A DNA stretch of 64,000 nt from Rhizomicrobium sp. Its GTDB lineage: Bacteria; Pseudomonadota; Alphaproteobacteria; Micropepsales; Micropepsaceae. The translations under genes were made by a program, and so were the position numbers. The stretch lies in contig DATJUM010000194.1 in assembly GCA_035502355.1 (NCBI GenBank), positions 6,483-70,482 of the forward strand, written 5' to 3'. Positions 54,790 through 64,000 of this stretch are shown here, piece after piece (positions within the stretch are counted from its first letter, which is position 1; every line of letters begins with the position of its first letter). The notes under the pieces were generated by a model. It made no database searches and was not told the origin of the DNA. It saw only the letters and a list, made by a program, of their open reading frames with translations.

Positions 54790-54915
54790 TCTCAACTCCA
54801 GACCCTTATGCAATAGGCGATTCGCGACGAAGTGCAAATGGCCAGTCGGATTGGATGTTAGGGTCAGGTGTCGACAAATGTTTGTCGGGTTGTGCCGGAA
54901 CCTTACTCAATCGTC

Positions 54916-55686
54916 TCAGACCAGTAGAATCGCGGAAAGCTGACGGCCGTAATCGGTTTCGCCGCAATGCGTGGCGCGGCGATAACTGTAGAAGTCTTCG
55001 GCCTCACCATAGGTACAATGCGCGAGGGACGCCGTATTGCGAACGCCTGCCGCTTGCAGGCGCACACTCGCATAACCCGGCAGGTCGAACTGCCAATGGC
55101 CCGGGCGTGCGGCCGGCGCGAAGAAGCGCGTGTTTGCAGCGTCCTGCTGCGCGAAGGCGGCGCGAAACTCATCGCGGACCTCATAGGCGGATTGGGAGAT
55201 GCAAGGGCCTATCGCGGCAGCAATCCGCTCGCGTTTCGCGCCCAGCTGTTCCATGCGGAGGACCGCTTGCTCGATCACCCCGGCGACTGCGCCTTTCCAT
55301 CCTGAATGTGCCGCGCCGATTACATGAGCCTCCGCATCGGCCAGCAGGATCGGCGCACAGTCCGCCGTCAGTATTCCAAGCGCAATTCCGGGCTCGGAAG
55401 TCGCCATCGCATCGGCCCGCGGCGCGTTGCCGACCTCCCACGGTTCATGCACCAGCACGCCCTCCGCGCCGTGAATCTGATAGAGCGTGACGAGCCGGCA
55501 TTCTGGTGCCGTGAGTGCCGCCATCGCGCGGCGGCGGTTCTCTTCGACGCGGCTGCGCACATCTCCCGAACCGGGGCCACAATTGAGAGAGGCGTAAATT
55601 CCGGACGATGACCCGCCACGCCGTCCGAAAAACCCATGCGCAATGCCCGGTAGTTCAGAAAGATTGGGCGCAGCGAGCTTCCACAT
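54916..55686 (-). CDS. pgeF: polyphenol-oxidase-family protein PgeF/YfiH (purine nucleoside phosphorylase / peptidoglycan editing factor)
   Basis: …GIAHGFFGRRGG…, TADCAPILL, AHSGWKG, …HCTY… are conserved YfiH/DUF152 features. Confidence 0.85.
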   Translation of the reverse strand: MWKLAAPNLSELPGIAHGFFGRRGGSSSGIYASLNCGPGSGDVRSRVEENRRRAMAALTAPECRLVTLYQIHGAEGVLVHEPWEVGNAPRADAMATSEPGIALGILTADCAPILLADAEAHVIGAAHSGWKGAVAGVIEQAVLRMEQLGAKRERIAAAIGPCISQSAYEVRDEFRAAFAQQDAANTRFFAPAARPGHWQFDLPGYASVRLQAAGVRNTASLAHCTYGEAEDFYSYRRATHCGETDYGRQLSAILLV

Positions 55687-55689
55687 GGA

Positions 55690-56763
55690 TCAAAATCCCG
55701 GCGGTTGGAGCGCGTGGGGTGGCACGACAGCCAAGACTTTGAAGAGCGCCCCCATTTCATTCGGATTCGTCAATCGCGCAATTCCGGAACGGATATCCGG
55801 AGCTCGGACGGGATCGGCCGCGCCGAGCCTTTCTGCCCGGATATCAATGCCAAGCGCGCGCAGGAAATCGCCCTGTGCAACCGGTCCCGCAGTTTGGCCG
55901 CCGCCGCGGCGCGCACTCTCTGCCATGGCTGCAAAATCCACATGCGCAGAAATATCCGCCTCGCCCGGGCGGGCGAGAACGTCGACGGGCAGATGTCGGG
56001 CCACGGCCTGCAATGTTTCGCCAAATCCTCGGCCGGTATGGCCATAATCGACGAGGAGCGCGCCACCGCCCTGCGCTGCGATGACCCTGCTTACGTCTTC
56101 GACCAGAGTTTCGCCTGCGGGCGATATCTCCAGCACGGCGCCGGGATCTGGTGCGCCGCGGTCCGCGGAGATGGCGAGCGGGACCGGTAGAGGCGCAAGC
56201 GCAAATGCGAGTTCGCCTCTGGATTCGACTACAACCCTTTCGCACCAGCCGCGCTCGGTCATCACAAACTGGCGAACGGGAAGCGCATCGAGAAATTCAT
56301 TGGCAAGCAGAAAAAGAGGGCGATTTTGCGCGATTTCACCCCACTGCCGCGCCCAATGCACGGGAACATCGGCGTCATGCAAACTCGCGCGCTGGATGGC
56401 CTCCAATGGCTTACTGGCCTCGACGAGCACGACTTCGAGCGAATTGAGAAATGCCGGCGCGCTGCGGAGCGCGCGCAGGGCATCGCGCATCAGGGTGCCG
56501 CGCCCGGGGCCGAGCTCGACAAGGCGCGGGTTTTCGGGACAGCCCTGGTCCTGCCAGACCTGCGCACACCACAGGCCCAGAAGCTCTCCGAATATCTGGC
56601 TGATCTCGGGCGCGGTGATGAAGGCACCCTCGGCGCCGATCGGTTCACGTGACGCATAGAAGCCGGATTGCGGATCATGCAGCGCAAGTGTCATGAAAGC
56701 CGAGACGGGCAGCGGTCCGCTCATTCCGATTGTGCGCGCAATACGCCGGGCAAGCGGATTCAC
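55690..56763 (-). CDS. class I SAM-dependent methyltransferase, MidA/NDUFAF7 (DUF185) family
   Basis: GTG 56763 overlaps the lgt stop (GTGA). Sequence FMTLALHDPQSGFY...FITAPEISQIFGEL...LVELGPGRGTLMRD. Confidence 0.72.
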   Translation of the reverse strand: MNPLARRIARTIGMSGPLPVSAFMTLALHDPQSGFYASREPIGAEGAFITAPEISQIFGELLGLWCAQVWQDQGCPENPRLVELGPGRGTLMRDALRALRSAPAFLNSLEVVLVEASKPLEAIQRASLHDADVPVHWARQWGEIAQNRPLFLLANEFLDALPVRQFVMTERGWCERVVVESRGELAFALAPLPVPLAISADRGAPDPGAVLEISPAGETLVEDVSRVIAAQGGGALLVDYGHTGRGFGETLQAVARHLPVDVLARPGEADISAHVDFAAMAESARRGGGQTAGPVAQGDFLRALGIDIRAERLGAADPVRAPDIRSGIARLTNPNEMGALFKVLAVVPPHALQPPGF

Positions 56764-57647
56764 GCGTGAGCCTGCGCGAGCGGACGACGAAACGCGAGCC
56801 AGAACAACAGCGCAGCGACAATCCACATCGGAATGCTGAGCGCCTGACCGACACTGAGCCAGTGAGGAAACACCGTGTCGGAGTCGCGAAAAATCTCGGC
56901 GATGTAGCGGAAGATTCCATAGAAGGTGAAAAACAGCGCCGCGAGCAGGCCGGGCCGGTTGTGCAAACGAAACACCCGCAGTCCAATCTGCATGATTGCA
57001 AAGAGAAGAAGCCCTTCCATTGCGGCTTCGTAGAGCTGACTTGGATGACGGGGTAGTTGATCGGGCGCGCGCGGAAACACCATCGCCCAGGGCACATCAC
57101 TCACCTTTCCCCACAATTCGCCGTTGACGAAATTGGCGATGCGCCCGAAGAACAACCCGATCGGCGTGACGCTCGCTACCAGATCGCCGATCTTCAGCAT
57201 GTCGAGCTTGCGGCTGCGCGTGAAGAGCCAGATCGCGATGGCGACGCCGACCAGGCCGCCATGAAATGACATACCGCCTTCCCACGCGGCGATGATTTTA
57301 ACGGGATTGGTCAGATAGCCGAGCGGCAGGCCGGCACAGGCCGGCGAAGTTCCCCAGATGCCGCAGAAGAATGTGCCATAAATCAGAACATAGCCGAGGC
57401 GCCCGCCAATGATGACGCCGAGGGTAGCCCATACCACGAGGTCGCCGATGTCGTCCGCGGTGGCCGGTGGCCGACCGCCAAATGTCGCGCCGGCCCAGAG
57501 CGATGGCGTCCGAATAAGCCGCACCAGATACCACCAGCCCAGCAGCAATCCGGCGATATAGGACAGCGCGTACCACCGGATGGCCAGTGGTCCGAGATGC
57601 ACAAGCACAGGATCGATATGCGGATAGGGAAGAACGGCTTCGATCAT
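56760..57647 (-). CDS. lgt: prolipoprotein diacylglyceryl transferase
   Basis: ATG 57647. Sequence IDPVLVHLGPLAIRWYALSYIAG...GGRLGYVL...FHGGL...GRIANFVNGELWG...HPSQLYEA. Confidence 0.92.
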   Translation of the reverse strand: MIEAVLPYPHIDPVLVHLGPLAIRWYALSYIAGLLLGWWYLVRLIRTPSLWAGATFGGRPPATADDIGDLVVWATLGVIIGGRLGYVLIYGTFFCGIWGTSPACAGLPLGYLTNPVKIIAAWEGGMSFHGGLVGVAIAIWLFTRSRKLDMLKIGDLVASVTPIGLFFGRIANFVNGELWGKVSDVPWAMVFPRAPDQLPRHPSQLYEAAMEGLLLFAIMQIGLRVFRLHNRPGLLAALFFTFYGIFRYIAEIFRDSDTVFPHWLSVGQALSIPMWIVAALLFWLAFRRPLAQAHA

Positions 57648-57757
57648 CAGGATTCGCGGGCGAAGTGGCGGCTCACTCGCTCCGCTTCGCATGGGCCTGT
57701 CAAGGCATGAGTCTGCCGGCTTGCCCGGATACGGTGTTCCGTCCATAAGGGCGCCCG

Positions 57758-58036
57758 ATGCAGACCGAGAATCCCCTGCTTGATGGTCTGGCGCGCCTTT
57801 TTACGGACGCGGCCGGGGCCGCACAGAGCGTTCGCTCCGAACTGGATACGTTCATGCGGCAGCGGCTCGAGCGGTTGGTTGCGGATATGGATTTCGTGCC
57901 GCGCGAAGAGTTCGAAGCGGTCAAGGAAATGGCGTCCAAAGCGCGAAGCGAGAATGAGCGCCTCGATGCCCGTATCTCTGCATTGGAGGCCCGACTCAAG
58001 GCGCGCGATGAATCCGGCTTAACGGGCTCGTCGTGA
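57758..58036 (+). CDS. ubiK: accessory factor UbiK / YqiC (BMFP) family protein
   Basis: 92 aa. ...FMRQRLERLVADMDFVPREEFEAVKEMASKARSENERLDARISALEARL is the coiled-coil typical of this family. Confidence 0.7.
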   Translation: MQTENPLLDGLARLFTDAAGAAQSVRSELDTFMRQRLERLVADMDFVPREEFEAVKEMASKARSENERLDARISALEARLKARDESGLTGSS

Positions 58037-58152
58037 CGAAATTGTGAACTGGTGGAATACTCACAGAGCTTCCGTGTAGGACTCTTGTCGAACCACAAAA
58101 TCTTGTGTCAGGCTGACACTTACCTGCTTCGTTTTGCTGTCCATCATGGAGT

Positions 58153-58659
58153 TTGCGGATGAGTCTTGCTCACCAGGAAGGAACGGTCCCGGAATTCCAT
58201 CCGCTCGACCTGCTGGAGCAGTCGGTCGAAGACCATGGCTGGCCTTTCGAGCGCAGCGGGCGCGACGAACTCAATCTCTCGGTGGCCGGCCGCTGGTGCG
58301 ATCATCATTTTTGCTTCACTTGGCGGGAGGATCTGCAGTCGCTGCACCTTTCCTCCGCCTTCGACATGCGAGTGGAGACTGCCCGGCGGGCCGAAATGGC
58401 CTCCCTCCTGACCTACATCAACGCCAAGCTCTGGATCGGGCATTTCGACCTTTTCCGCGAGGAAGGTGCCCTGGTCTTCCGCCACGCAATGATCTTCCCG
58501 GACGCGCGCGCCAGCGCGTCGCAATGCGAGGCGCTCCTCAATCTCGCCGTCGAAGCCTGCGAGCACTACTACCCGGCGTTCCAGTTCGTTCTATGGGGCG
58601 GGAAGACGGCCGAGGAGGCGGTGGCGGCTGCCGTGCTCGAGTGTGTCGGACAGGCGTAG
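58153..58659 (+). CDS. YbjN-domain protein
   Basis: 168 aa. ...LLEQSVEDHGWPFERSGRDELNLSVAGRWCDHHFCFTW...LHLSSAF fits the YbjN/T3SS-chaperone-like fold family as I remember it. Confidence 0.6.
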   Translation: MRMSLAHQEGTVPEFHPLDLLEQSVEDHGWPFERSGRDELNLSVAGRWCDHHFCFTWREDLQSLHLSSAFDMRVETARRAEMASLLTYINAKLWIGHFDLFREEGALVFRHAMIFPDARASASQCEALLNLAVEACEHYYPAFQFVLWGGKTAEEAVAAAVLECVGQA

Positions 58660-59488
58660 AGCGGCCCGCCACGTCACTCTGCTGGTGGGCGCCGGCCGGA
58701 TGGGCGGCGCCCTGCTGAAAGTCTGGGCTGCGCGGGGCCTTGGCTCCGTCGCCGTTATCGAGCCCGCGCCAGATCCTCAAATTCGAAGTCTCGCGCGGCG
58801 CTCGGACAATATTCGCTTTCTCAATCGCATTGAAGACGCCGCTGGCCTGGATATCGCAGCCTGTGTGATCGCGTTGAAACCTCAGGTTTTGCGGGTAGAA
58901 GCATGGCGCCTTAAACCTGTCGCCGCCTCCGGCGCTCTTATGCTCTCCATCGCGGCCGGAACGAGTATCGCGGCGCTTCGCAGGGCATGGGGCCGGCAAG
59001 TGCTGATCATGCGGGCCATGCCGAATATGCCGGGAGCCATCGGCCGCGGCATCACCGCGCTCTACGCGCCACCGGCCGTATCGGCAGCACTTCGCGCGCG
59101 TGCGGAAGCCCTTGTTGCGGGATTCGGCGAGACGATCTGGGTTGGCCGCGAAGGTTTGATCGACGCGGTCACGGCCATCTCGGGTTCCGGGCCGGCCTAT
59201 GTATTTTTGTTGGCCGAATGCCTTGCGCGTGCCGCGCGCGCGCAAGGCTTCTCTGCGGAGATTGCTGACCGGCTTGCGCGGGCAACGGTTTCCGGAGCCG
59301 GAGCCCTGCTTGACGCTGATCCGCGCAAACCTGCAGCGCTGCGTCAGGACGTGACGAGTCCCGGCGGCACCACCGAAGCCGCACTTGGGGTGTTGATGAA
59401 AGACGATGTCCTTGGAAAACTGATGACCGAGGCCGCTGCGGCTGCGCGTGCGCGGGCGATGGAGCTGGGCCGCCAGTCGGAACTCTAA
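58643..59488 (+). CDS. proC: pyrroline-5-carboxylate reductase
   Basis: …LLVGAGRMGGALL…, AMPNMPGAIGRG, SGSGPAYVFLLAE, VTSPGGTTEAAL. The GTG start overlaps the ybjN-like gene by 17 nt. Confidence 0.88.
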   Translation: MSDRRRAARHVTLLVGAGRMGGALLKVWAARGLGSVAVIEPAPDPQIRSLARRSDNIRFLNRIEDAAGLDIAACVIALKPQVLRVEAWRLKPVAASGALMLSIAAGTSIAALRRAWGRQVLIMRAMPNMPGAIGRGITALYAPPAVSAALRARAEALVAGFGETIWVGREGLIDAVTAISGSGPAYVFLLAECLARAARAQGFSAEIADRLARATVSGAGALLDADPRKPAALRQDVTSPGGTTEAALGVLMKDDVLGKLMTEAAAAARARAMELGRQSEL

Positions 59489-59502
59489 GAAGGTGGAGTG
59501 CG

Positions 59503-60111
59503 ATGCCTGGATCCGATGCCGAGGCCCGCATTGCGGCTGCGGCGTTCCGACTTCTCGCAACCGAGTCCTGGAACCGGATGACACTCGCTTCGGTCGCAAG
59601 GGCGGCAAAAGTGTCGTGGGGCGACATGTTACGCACGGCGCCGTCGCGCGCGGCCCTCATCAGTGTGCTGTTGCGCCGCGCTGCGGTGGACACCGCCAAA
59701 CGCTACAGGCCGGATCGTGCCGCGCCGAGTGCGCGCGAACGCGTCTTCGATGCGATCATGAGCTGGTTCGAAGCCCAAAATGCTCGCAAAGAGGCCGTGC
59801 GTGCTCTTTATGGCGGGCTAAAGCAGGAGCCGCTCACCCTTCTTGCGCTACGCGGCGATATCGTGGCCGCTGCGGAATGGCTGCTTGCGCTCGCTGAGGC
59901 TGACGCCGGCGCCGCTTCATCCGTTCGCGCCGCCTGCATTGGTGGCATCGTCGCACATGCGATGCCGGTCTGGTTCACCGACGACGCACATATGGGGAAG
60001 ACCATGGCGCAGCTCGATCGTGATCTTCGACGCGTTGAACATTTTCTTTGGCCGCCGGAAAAATCGCAGCACCAAAAACGCCGCAAATCGCGTCCGCGTC
60101 AGCGCCGCTGA
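59503..60111 (+). CDS. TetR-like regulator (degenerate HTH), tentative
   Basis: The N-terminus ARIAAAAFRLLATESWNRMTLASVARAAKVSWGDMLRTAPSRAALI loosely follows the TetR HTH pattern. The rest is helical. Confidence 0.4.
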   Translation: MPGSDAEARIAAAAFRLLATESWNRMTLASVARAAKVSWGDMLRTAPSRAALISVLLRRAAVDTAKRYRPDRAAPSARERVFDAIMSWFEAQNARKEAVRALYGGLKQEPLTLLALRGDIVAAAEWLLALAEADAGAASSVRAACIGGIVAHAMPVWFTDDAHMGKTMAQLDRDLRRVEHFLWPPEKSQHQKRRKSRPRQRR

Positions 60112-60183
60112 TGCACCCAGCGTGGGATAGGAAGCCGACAATGCTGTCAAGATTGCCAGTGAAGGCAGCCCAGCATCTGACGG

Positions 60184-61524
60184 TCATACCGGCAGGCGGA
60201 TTGCAGCCCGCAATCCGCCGAGGCGGCTTGCTCCAAGCGTGATTTCGCCGCCATGGGCGCGGGCGATGTCGCGAGCGATCGCGAGCCCAAGCCCGACGCC
60301 GCCGACCTGTAAATTGCGCCCCTCATCAAGGCGATGGAATGGCCGGAACGCCTCTTCGCGACGGGCTTCCGGAATTCCCGGTCCGTCGTCGTCCACCAAT
60401 ATCTCGACGAACCGGCTGTGCTGCGCGAGCGCCACATCGACATGTTTGCCATGCTTCAGCGCGTTGTCGATGAGATTGGTGGCGCAGCGTTTGAGCGCGT
60501 TGCGCTTTACGGCGAGCCAGACGCCGGACGGTGCGTCGACGCGGATCCGTTCGGCTCCCGCCGCACGGGCATGCGCGGCGGCGAAGGCGGCTTCCGTCAC
60601 CACTTCGCCGAGATCGGCAGCCTGTGCATCCTCGCCGGAGTCCCCGCTCGCGAAATCAAGATATTCATCGAGCATGTGCTCCATTTCGCGCACGTCATCG
60701 AGCGCGGATGCGGGCTCTGCGCCGGCACCCATCATGGCGAGCTGCAGTCGCAGCCGCGTGAGCGGTGTTTTCAGGTCGTGGCTGACGCCCGCGAGCATCT
60801 CGGTGCGCTGCTGGACATAGCGCTCGATGCGCGCGCGCATGGTAATGAAGGCTTGCGCGGCCTTGCGCACTTCCATGGCGCCATAAGGCTTGAAGTCCGG
60901 CACGGCACGGCCCTTGCCGAACGCATCCGCCACCGCGGCGAGCCGCTCGATCGGCTTCACCTGATTGCGCAGGAAGAGAATCGCCACCGCGATCAGCACG
61001 AGCGAAGAACCCACCATCCATAAAATGAAGATATCCGCATTCGACGCCACCACCTGATCGCGGGGAATGACGACCTTCAGCACGCCGTCCCTTACTTGGA
61101 TCCGGAAGTCGAAGCTGTTGTCGATCGCACCGGAGGTGAATGGGTGCGCAGCGCCGAGTCGGTTTGCAAACACCGCGTCCATCGCGTGCTTGAGATCAAT
61201 GCTGGAGTGCCCGTAAGGCCTGGCGAGCTTGGCCCCGGCGTCAAGCGATATGGCGAAGCCCAGCGAATGGGCCGCCATGTCCAGCAATCGGGTCCGTGCG
61301 GGTCCGGCGGGGTAGCTTTCCTCGATATTGGTCAGAAACGCGACGTCACCCGCCACACTGTGCGCCATATGGCGCGTGACGATGTCGTAATGGCGAACGA
61401 AAAAAGCGTATGTGACGATACCCTGAAGGACGACCATCGGCGCCACAATGATGATCAGCGAGCGGCCGAAGAGCCCGCGAGGGGAAACCTGCTTGAGCAG
61501 GCGCAGCGGCGTCGTTTGCGGCAT
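60184..61524 (-). CDS. EnvZ-like sensor histidine kinase (two TM, HAMP, HisKA, HATPase)
   Basis: H-box MLAGVSHDLKTPLTRLRL, N box NLIDNALKHG, and G boxes DDDGPGIP and GGVGLGLAIA. Confidence 0.88.
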   Translation of the reverse strand: MPQTTPLRLLKQVSPRGLFGRSLIIIVAPMVVLQGIVTYAFFVRHYDIVTRHMAHSVAGDVAFLTNIEESYPAGPARTRLLDMAAHSLGFAISLDAGAKLARPYGHSSIDLKHAMDAVFANRLGAAHPFTSGAIDNSFDFRIQVRDGVLKVVIPRDQVVASNADIFILWMVGSSLVLIAVAILFLRNQVKPIERLAAVADAFGKGRAVPDFKPYGAMEVRKAAQAFITMRARIERYVQQRTEMLAGVSHDLKTPLTRLRLQLAMMGAGAEPASALDDVREMEHMLDEYLDFASGDSGEDAQAADLGEVVTEAAFAAAHARAAGAERIRVDAPSGVWLAVKRNALKRCATNLIDNALKHGKHVDVALAQHSRFVEILVDDDGPGIPEARREEAFRPFHRLDEGRNLQVGGVGLGLAIARDIARAHGGEITLGASRLGGLRAAIRLPV

Positions 61525-61530
61525 CGTGGA

Positions 61531-62229
61531 TCAATCCACTCGGTCGGGCACGAGCACATAGCCCACGCCACGAACAGTCTGGATGTAAAGCGGCAGTTTC
61601 GAATCCTCCTCAATCTTGCGACGGAGCCGCGTCACCTGGACATCGATCGTGCGCTCGAGCGCGATGCCAAGCCGCGCGCACAAATCCATGCGTGAAAAGG
61701 GACGGCCGGCATTGGTCGCGAAAAGTCTGAGGAGTGCGCTTTCCGAGGTCGTGAGGCGGACCGGCCGGCCATCGCGCCGCAATTCACCGCGTTGGGGATC
61801 GAACACGGTCCGGCCCATCCGCACCTCCCGATGGGGCGAACGTAACGGCGGCGTGGTGCGCCGCAGCAGGCCTGCGCAACGCAGGAGGAGTTCGCGGGGC
61901 TCGAAGGGTTTGGCCAGATAGTCGTCTGCGCCGCTCTCCAGGCCTGCAATACGGTGTGCCGGCTCGCCGCGGGCTGTCAGCATCAAGACGGGCATCTGGG
62001 TCTGGCCGCGGATGGCTTTGGTGAGCTCCAGGCCGGATTCGCCGGGCATCATCACATCGACGATCAGAAGGTCGAAGGCCATTCCCTTCATCAGCGCGCG
62101 GGCTTCAGCGGCGCTTGCCGCCGCGGTAACGCGATAGCCGTTCGAGGTCAGATAGCGTTGCAACAACGCACGCAAGCGCTCGTCGTCGTCGACAACGAGC
62201 AGATGGGCATCCTGGATTGCGCCGCTCAC
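61531..62229 (-). CDS. OmpR-family response regulator
   Basis: GTG 62229. Receiver domain HLLVVDDDERLRALL...DLLIVDVMMPG...LTARGE...DDYLAKPF. Winged-helix end ...IQTVRGVGYVL. Confidence 0.88.
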   Translation of the reverse strand: MSGAIQDAHLLVVDDDERLRALLQRYLTSNGYRVTAAASAAEARALMKGMAFDLLIVDVMMPGESGLELTKAIRGQTQMPVLMLTARGEPAHRIAGLESGADDYLAKPFEPRELLLRCAGLLRRTTPPLRSPHREVRMGRTVFDPQRGELRRDGRPVRLTTSESALLRLFATNAGRPFSRMDLCARLGIALERTIDVQVTRLRRKIEEDSKLPLYIQTVRGVGYVLVPDRVD

Positions 62230-62368
62230 GATGGCCGCTTCACTTCGGGCAGCCGAAGATATAGACGAACCCCCGAAGGGGTCCATCCGTTTCCCGCTAA
62301 GGTCCTCTTCGGACGTCCATTCCGTTCTCCGACCGGCCGCAGGGTTGGCCGGCCCGCGAGGTGCTTTC

Positions 62369-63262
62369 ATGGCCATTGTTCCCTTCGACGATCGCGACGG
62401 CTGGATCTGGTACGATGGACGCCTCGTGCCATGGCGCGAGGCAAAGACCCATGTGCTGACGCATGGCCTCCATTATGCGTCGTCGATCTTCGAGGGCCAG
62501 CGTCTCTATGGCGGTCGGGTCTACAGGCTCGCCGAACACACAGAGCGCCTGTTCGAATCCGCCCGGATCATGGGCATGAAAATTCCGTACACGGAAGAAG
62601 AAATCAACCATGCCTGCAACGAAGTGGCGAAGGCACAGGGACTCGACAACGCCTATATGCGGCCCGTGGTTTTTCGCGGCAGCGAGATGATGTCGGTGGC
62701 CGCGCCGAACTCCAAGATCCACGTGGCCATCGCGGTATGGCCCTGGCCCTCCTATTTTTCGCCCGAGGAGAAGCGCAAGGGAATCCGGCTCACCGTGTCG
62801 GAATGGCGACGGCCGGCCCCTGACACGGCGCCGACCAAAGCCAAGGCGGCGGGCCTCTACATGATCTGCACCATCTCCAAACATGCGGCCGAAGATCAGG
62901 GCTTCGCCGACGCACTGATGTACGATTATCGCGGCTTTGTTGCCGAAGCGACCGGCGCCAATGTGTTTTTCGTCAAGGACGGCGCGCTGCACACGCCGAT
63001 TCCCGATTGTTTCCTTGACGGCATCACGCGCAAATCGATCATTGCGCTCGCCCGCGCGCGGCAGATTCCCGTCTTCGAACGTCATATCGAGCCTGCCGAG
63101 ATGGCGGGCTTCAGCGAATGCTTTCTTACCGGAACTGCGGCCGAAGTGACGCCGGTTTCACAGGTCGGGCCGTATCATTTCTCGCCTGGCCAGCTGACGG
63201 AAGCGATGACGGAAGATTATGCCAAAGACGTGCGAGCGACGGTTATGATTGACGCCACCTGA
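62369..63262 (+). CDS. ilvE: branched-chain amino acid aminotransferase
   Basis: ATG 62369. Sequence WYDGRLVPWREAKTHVLTHGLHYASSIFEGQR...EATGANVFFV...GITR. The 3' end overlaps the convergent moaE by 20 nt. Confidence 0.9.
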   Translation: MAIVPFDDRDGWIWYDGRLVPWREAKTHVLTHGLHYASSIFEGQRLYGGRVYRLAEHTERLFESARIMGMKIPYTEEEINHACNEVAKAQGLDNAYMRPVVFRGSEMMSVAAPNSKIHVAIAVWPWPSYFSPEEKRKGIRLTVSEWRRPAPDTAPTKAKAAGLYMICTISKHAAEDQGFADALMYDYRGFVAEATGANVFFVKDGALHTPIPDCFLDGITRKSIIALARARQIPVFERHIEPAEMAGFSECFLTGTAAEVTPVSQVGPYHFSPGQLTEAMTEDYAKDVRATVMIDAT

Positions 63263-63692
63263 GCGCGGCATTCGCGTCACTCTTCCGTACCTCAACCCAA
63301 GTGCCGCCTGATCCGCGCTCTTCCTGTTTCCACAAAGGTGCGCGTGTTTTCAGATAATCCATCAGGAATTCGCCCGCCCGGAATGCGGCTTCGCGATGGG
63401 CGCTCGCAACCGCGACAAGCACGATCCGTGCGCTGGGAACAAGGCGGCCGACGCGATGGATGACGGTCGTGGCCAGAATTGGCCAGCGCGATTCCGCTTC
63501 TGCGACGTGTTTTGCAATTTCCCGTTCGGTCATGCCCGGATAGTGCTCAAGCGTCAGTGCAGTCAGACCATCATCGGCGCGTACGCACCCGGTAAATGTC
63601 ACCACCGCGCCGACATCCGTGCGAGCGCCGACGAGCGCGTCGCATTCTGCGCTCACGTCAAAATCGTCCGTCTGCACCCGAATGGTCCTCAT
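63243..63692 (-). CDS. moaE: molybdopterin synthase catalytic subunit
   Basis: 149 aa. ...GAVVTFTGCVR...LEHYPGM...VAVASAHREAAF...DYLKTRAPLWKQE. The ATG overlaps the moaD stop (ATGA). Confidence 0.88.
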   Translation of the reverse strand: MRTIRVQTDDFDVSAECDALVGARTDVGAVVTFTGCVRADDGLTALTLEHYPGMTEREIAKHVAEAESRWPILATTVIHRVGRLVPSARIVLVAVASAHREAAFRAGEFLMDYLKTRAPLWKQEERGSGGTWVEVRKSDANAALRWRQS

Positions 63693-63940
63693 CCGCCTGT
63701 CACCGGAGGAAAGAAGGCGATCTCGTCCGAGTCGGCGATTATTGTTTCGAAGGGCGCGTATTCCTGGTTGACCGCGGCACGCAACCGGTCTGGATCGCCG
63801 AACACGTCTGCATAGCCGCCGCCTCGCGCGCGAAGATATTCGATCAGCTGAGCGATCGTCATCACATGGGCGGGCAGGGATACACATTCCTCGCCCGTCC
63901 CGATTTTTTGCCGGACCCACGCGAAATAGAGAATGGTCAA
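63689..63940 (-). CDS. moaD: molybdopterin synthase sulfur-carrier subunit
   Basis: 83 aa ending in ...EIAFFPPVTGG (C-terminal Gly-Gly). TTG start. Confidence 0.85.
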   Translation of the reverse strand: MTILYFAWVRQKIGTGEECVSLPAHVMTIAQLIEYLRARGGGYADVFGDPDRLRAAVNQEYAPFETIIADSDEIAFFPPVTGG

Positions 63941-64000
63941 GCCATTTCTCCGCGCCGGGACTGCGGCGCCGCCTGCACGCTGCGCAGATGCTCAAGACCC
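63937..64000 (-). CDS. 3' end of an upstream gene running off the right edge (identity not determinable)
   Basis: The open frame ...GLEHLRSVQAAPQSRRGEMA* has a TGA that overlaps the moaD TTG start (TTGA). pgsA would fit alphaproteobacterial synteny, but 20 residues cannot confirm it. Confidence 0.3.
   Translation of the reverse strand, partial: GLEHLRSVQAAPQSRRGEMA

Noticed and set aside
63243-63262. 20-nt overlap of the convergent ilvE and moaE 3' ends as a regulatory antisense feature
   Set aside because: Short convergent overlaps are common in compact GC-rich genomes, and there is no additional structure to support a function.

Overview
GC-rich chromosomal segment that looks alphaproteobacterial (Hyphomicrobiales-like) from its gene content: a DUF1491 gene, lgt-MidA-pgeF, moaD-moaE, pth-rplY and ychF. 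Most of it is housekeeping. The largest unit (15.6-32.5 kb) is a seven-gene, tightly coupled alpha-glucan/trehalose operon: glgE, treS-pep2 fusion, glgB, glgX, treZ, malQ, treY. Other core genes are asnB, sodB, corA, prfC, ilvA, a tRNA with anticodon CAT, ychF-pth-rplY, a UDP-glucuronate decarboxylase gene plus galE, prs, proC, an OmpR/EnvZ-like pair, ilvE and moaED.

Three regions look accessory:
- 5.4-13.3 kb holds signal-peptide repeat proteins (one HAF-like, three GloVer-type) with visible gene decay: a frameshift, a G10 tract, a truncated 3' end, an orphan repeat fragment and an amine-oxidase remnant.
- 45.9-49.7 kb holds uncharacterised secreted and membrane proteins plus a beta-helix protein, next to sugar-nucleotide genes.
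- 53.3-54.9 kb is a two-gene islet between prs and pgeF. It pairs a beta-class DPPY DNA methyltransferase with a small PD-ExK nuclease-like ORF that appears truncated at a T6 run.

GlgE carries an N-terminal module that looks like a catalytically dead copy of its own barrel. Four genes each need one extra base to restore their frame, so real decay must be separated from assembly error. I found no CRISPR array, IS element, integrase or prophage. All calls come from reading the sequence and from remembered family motifs; no database search was run.
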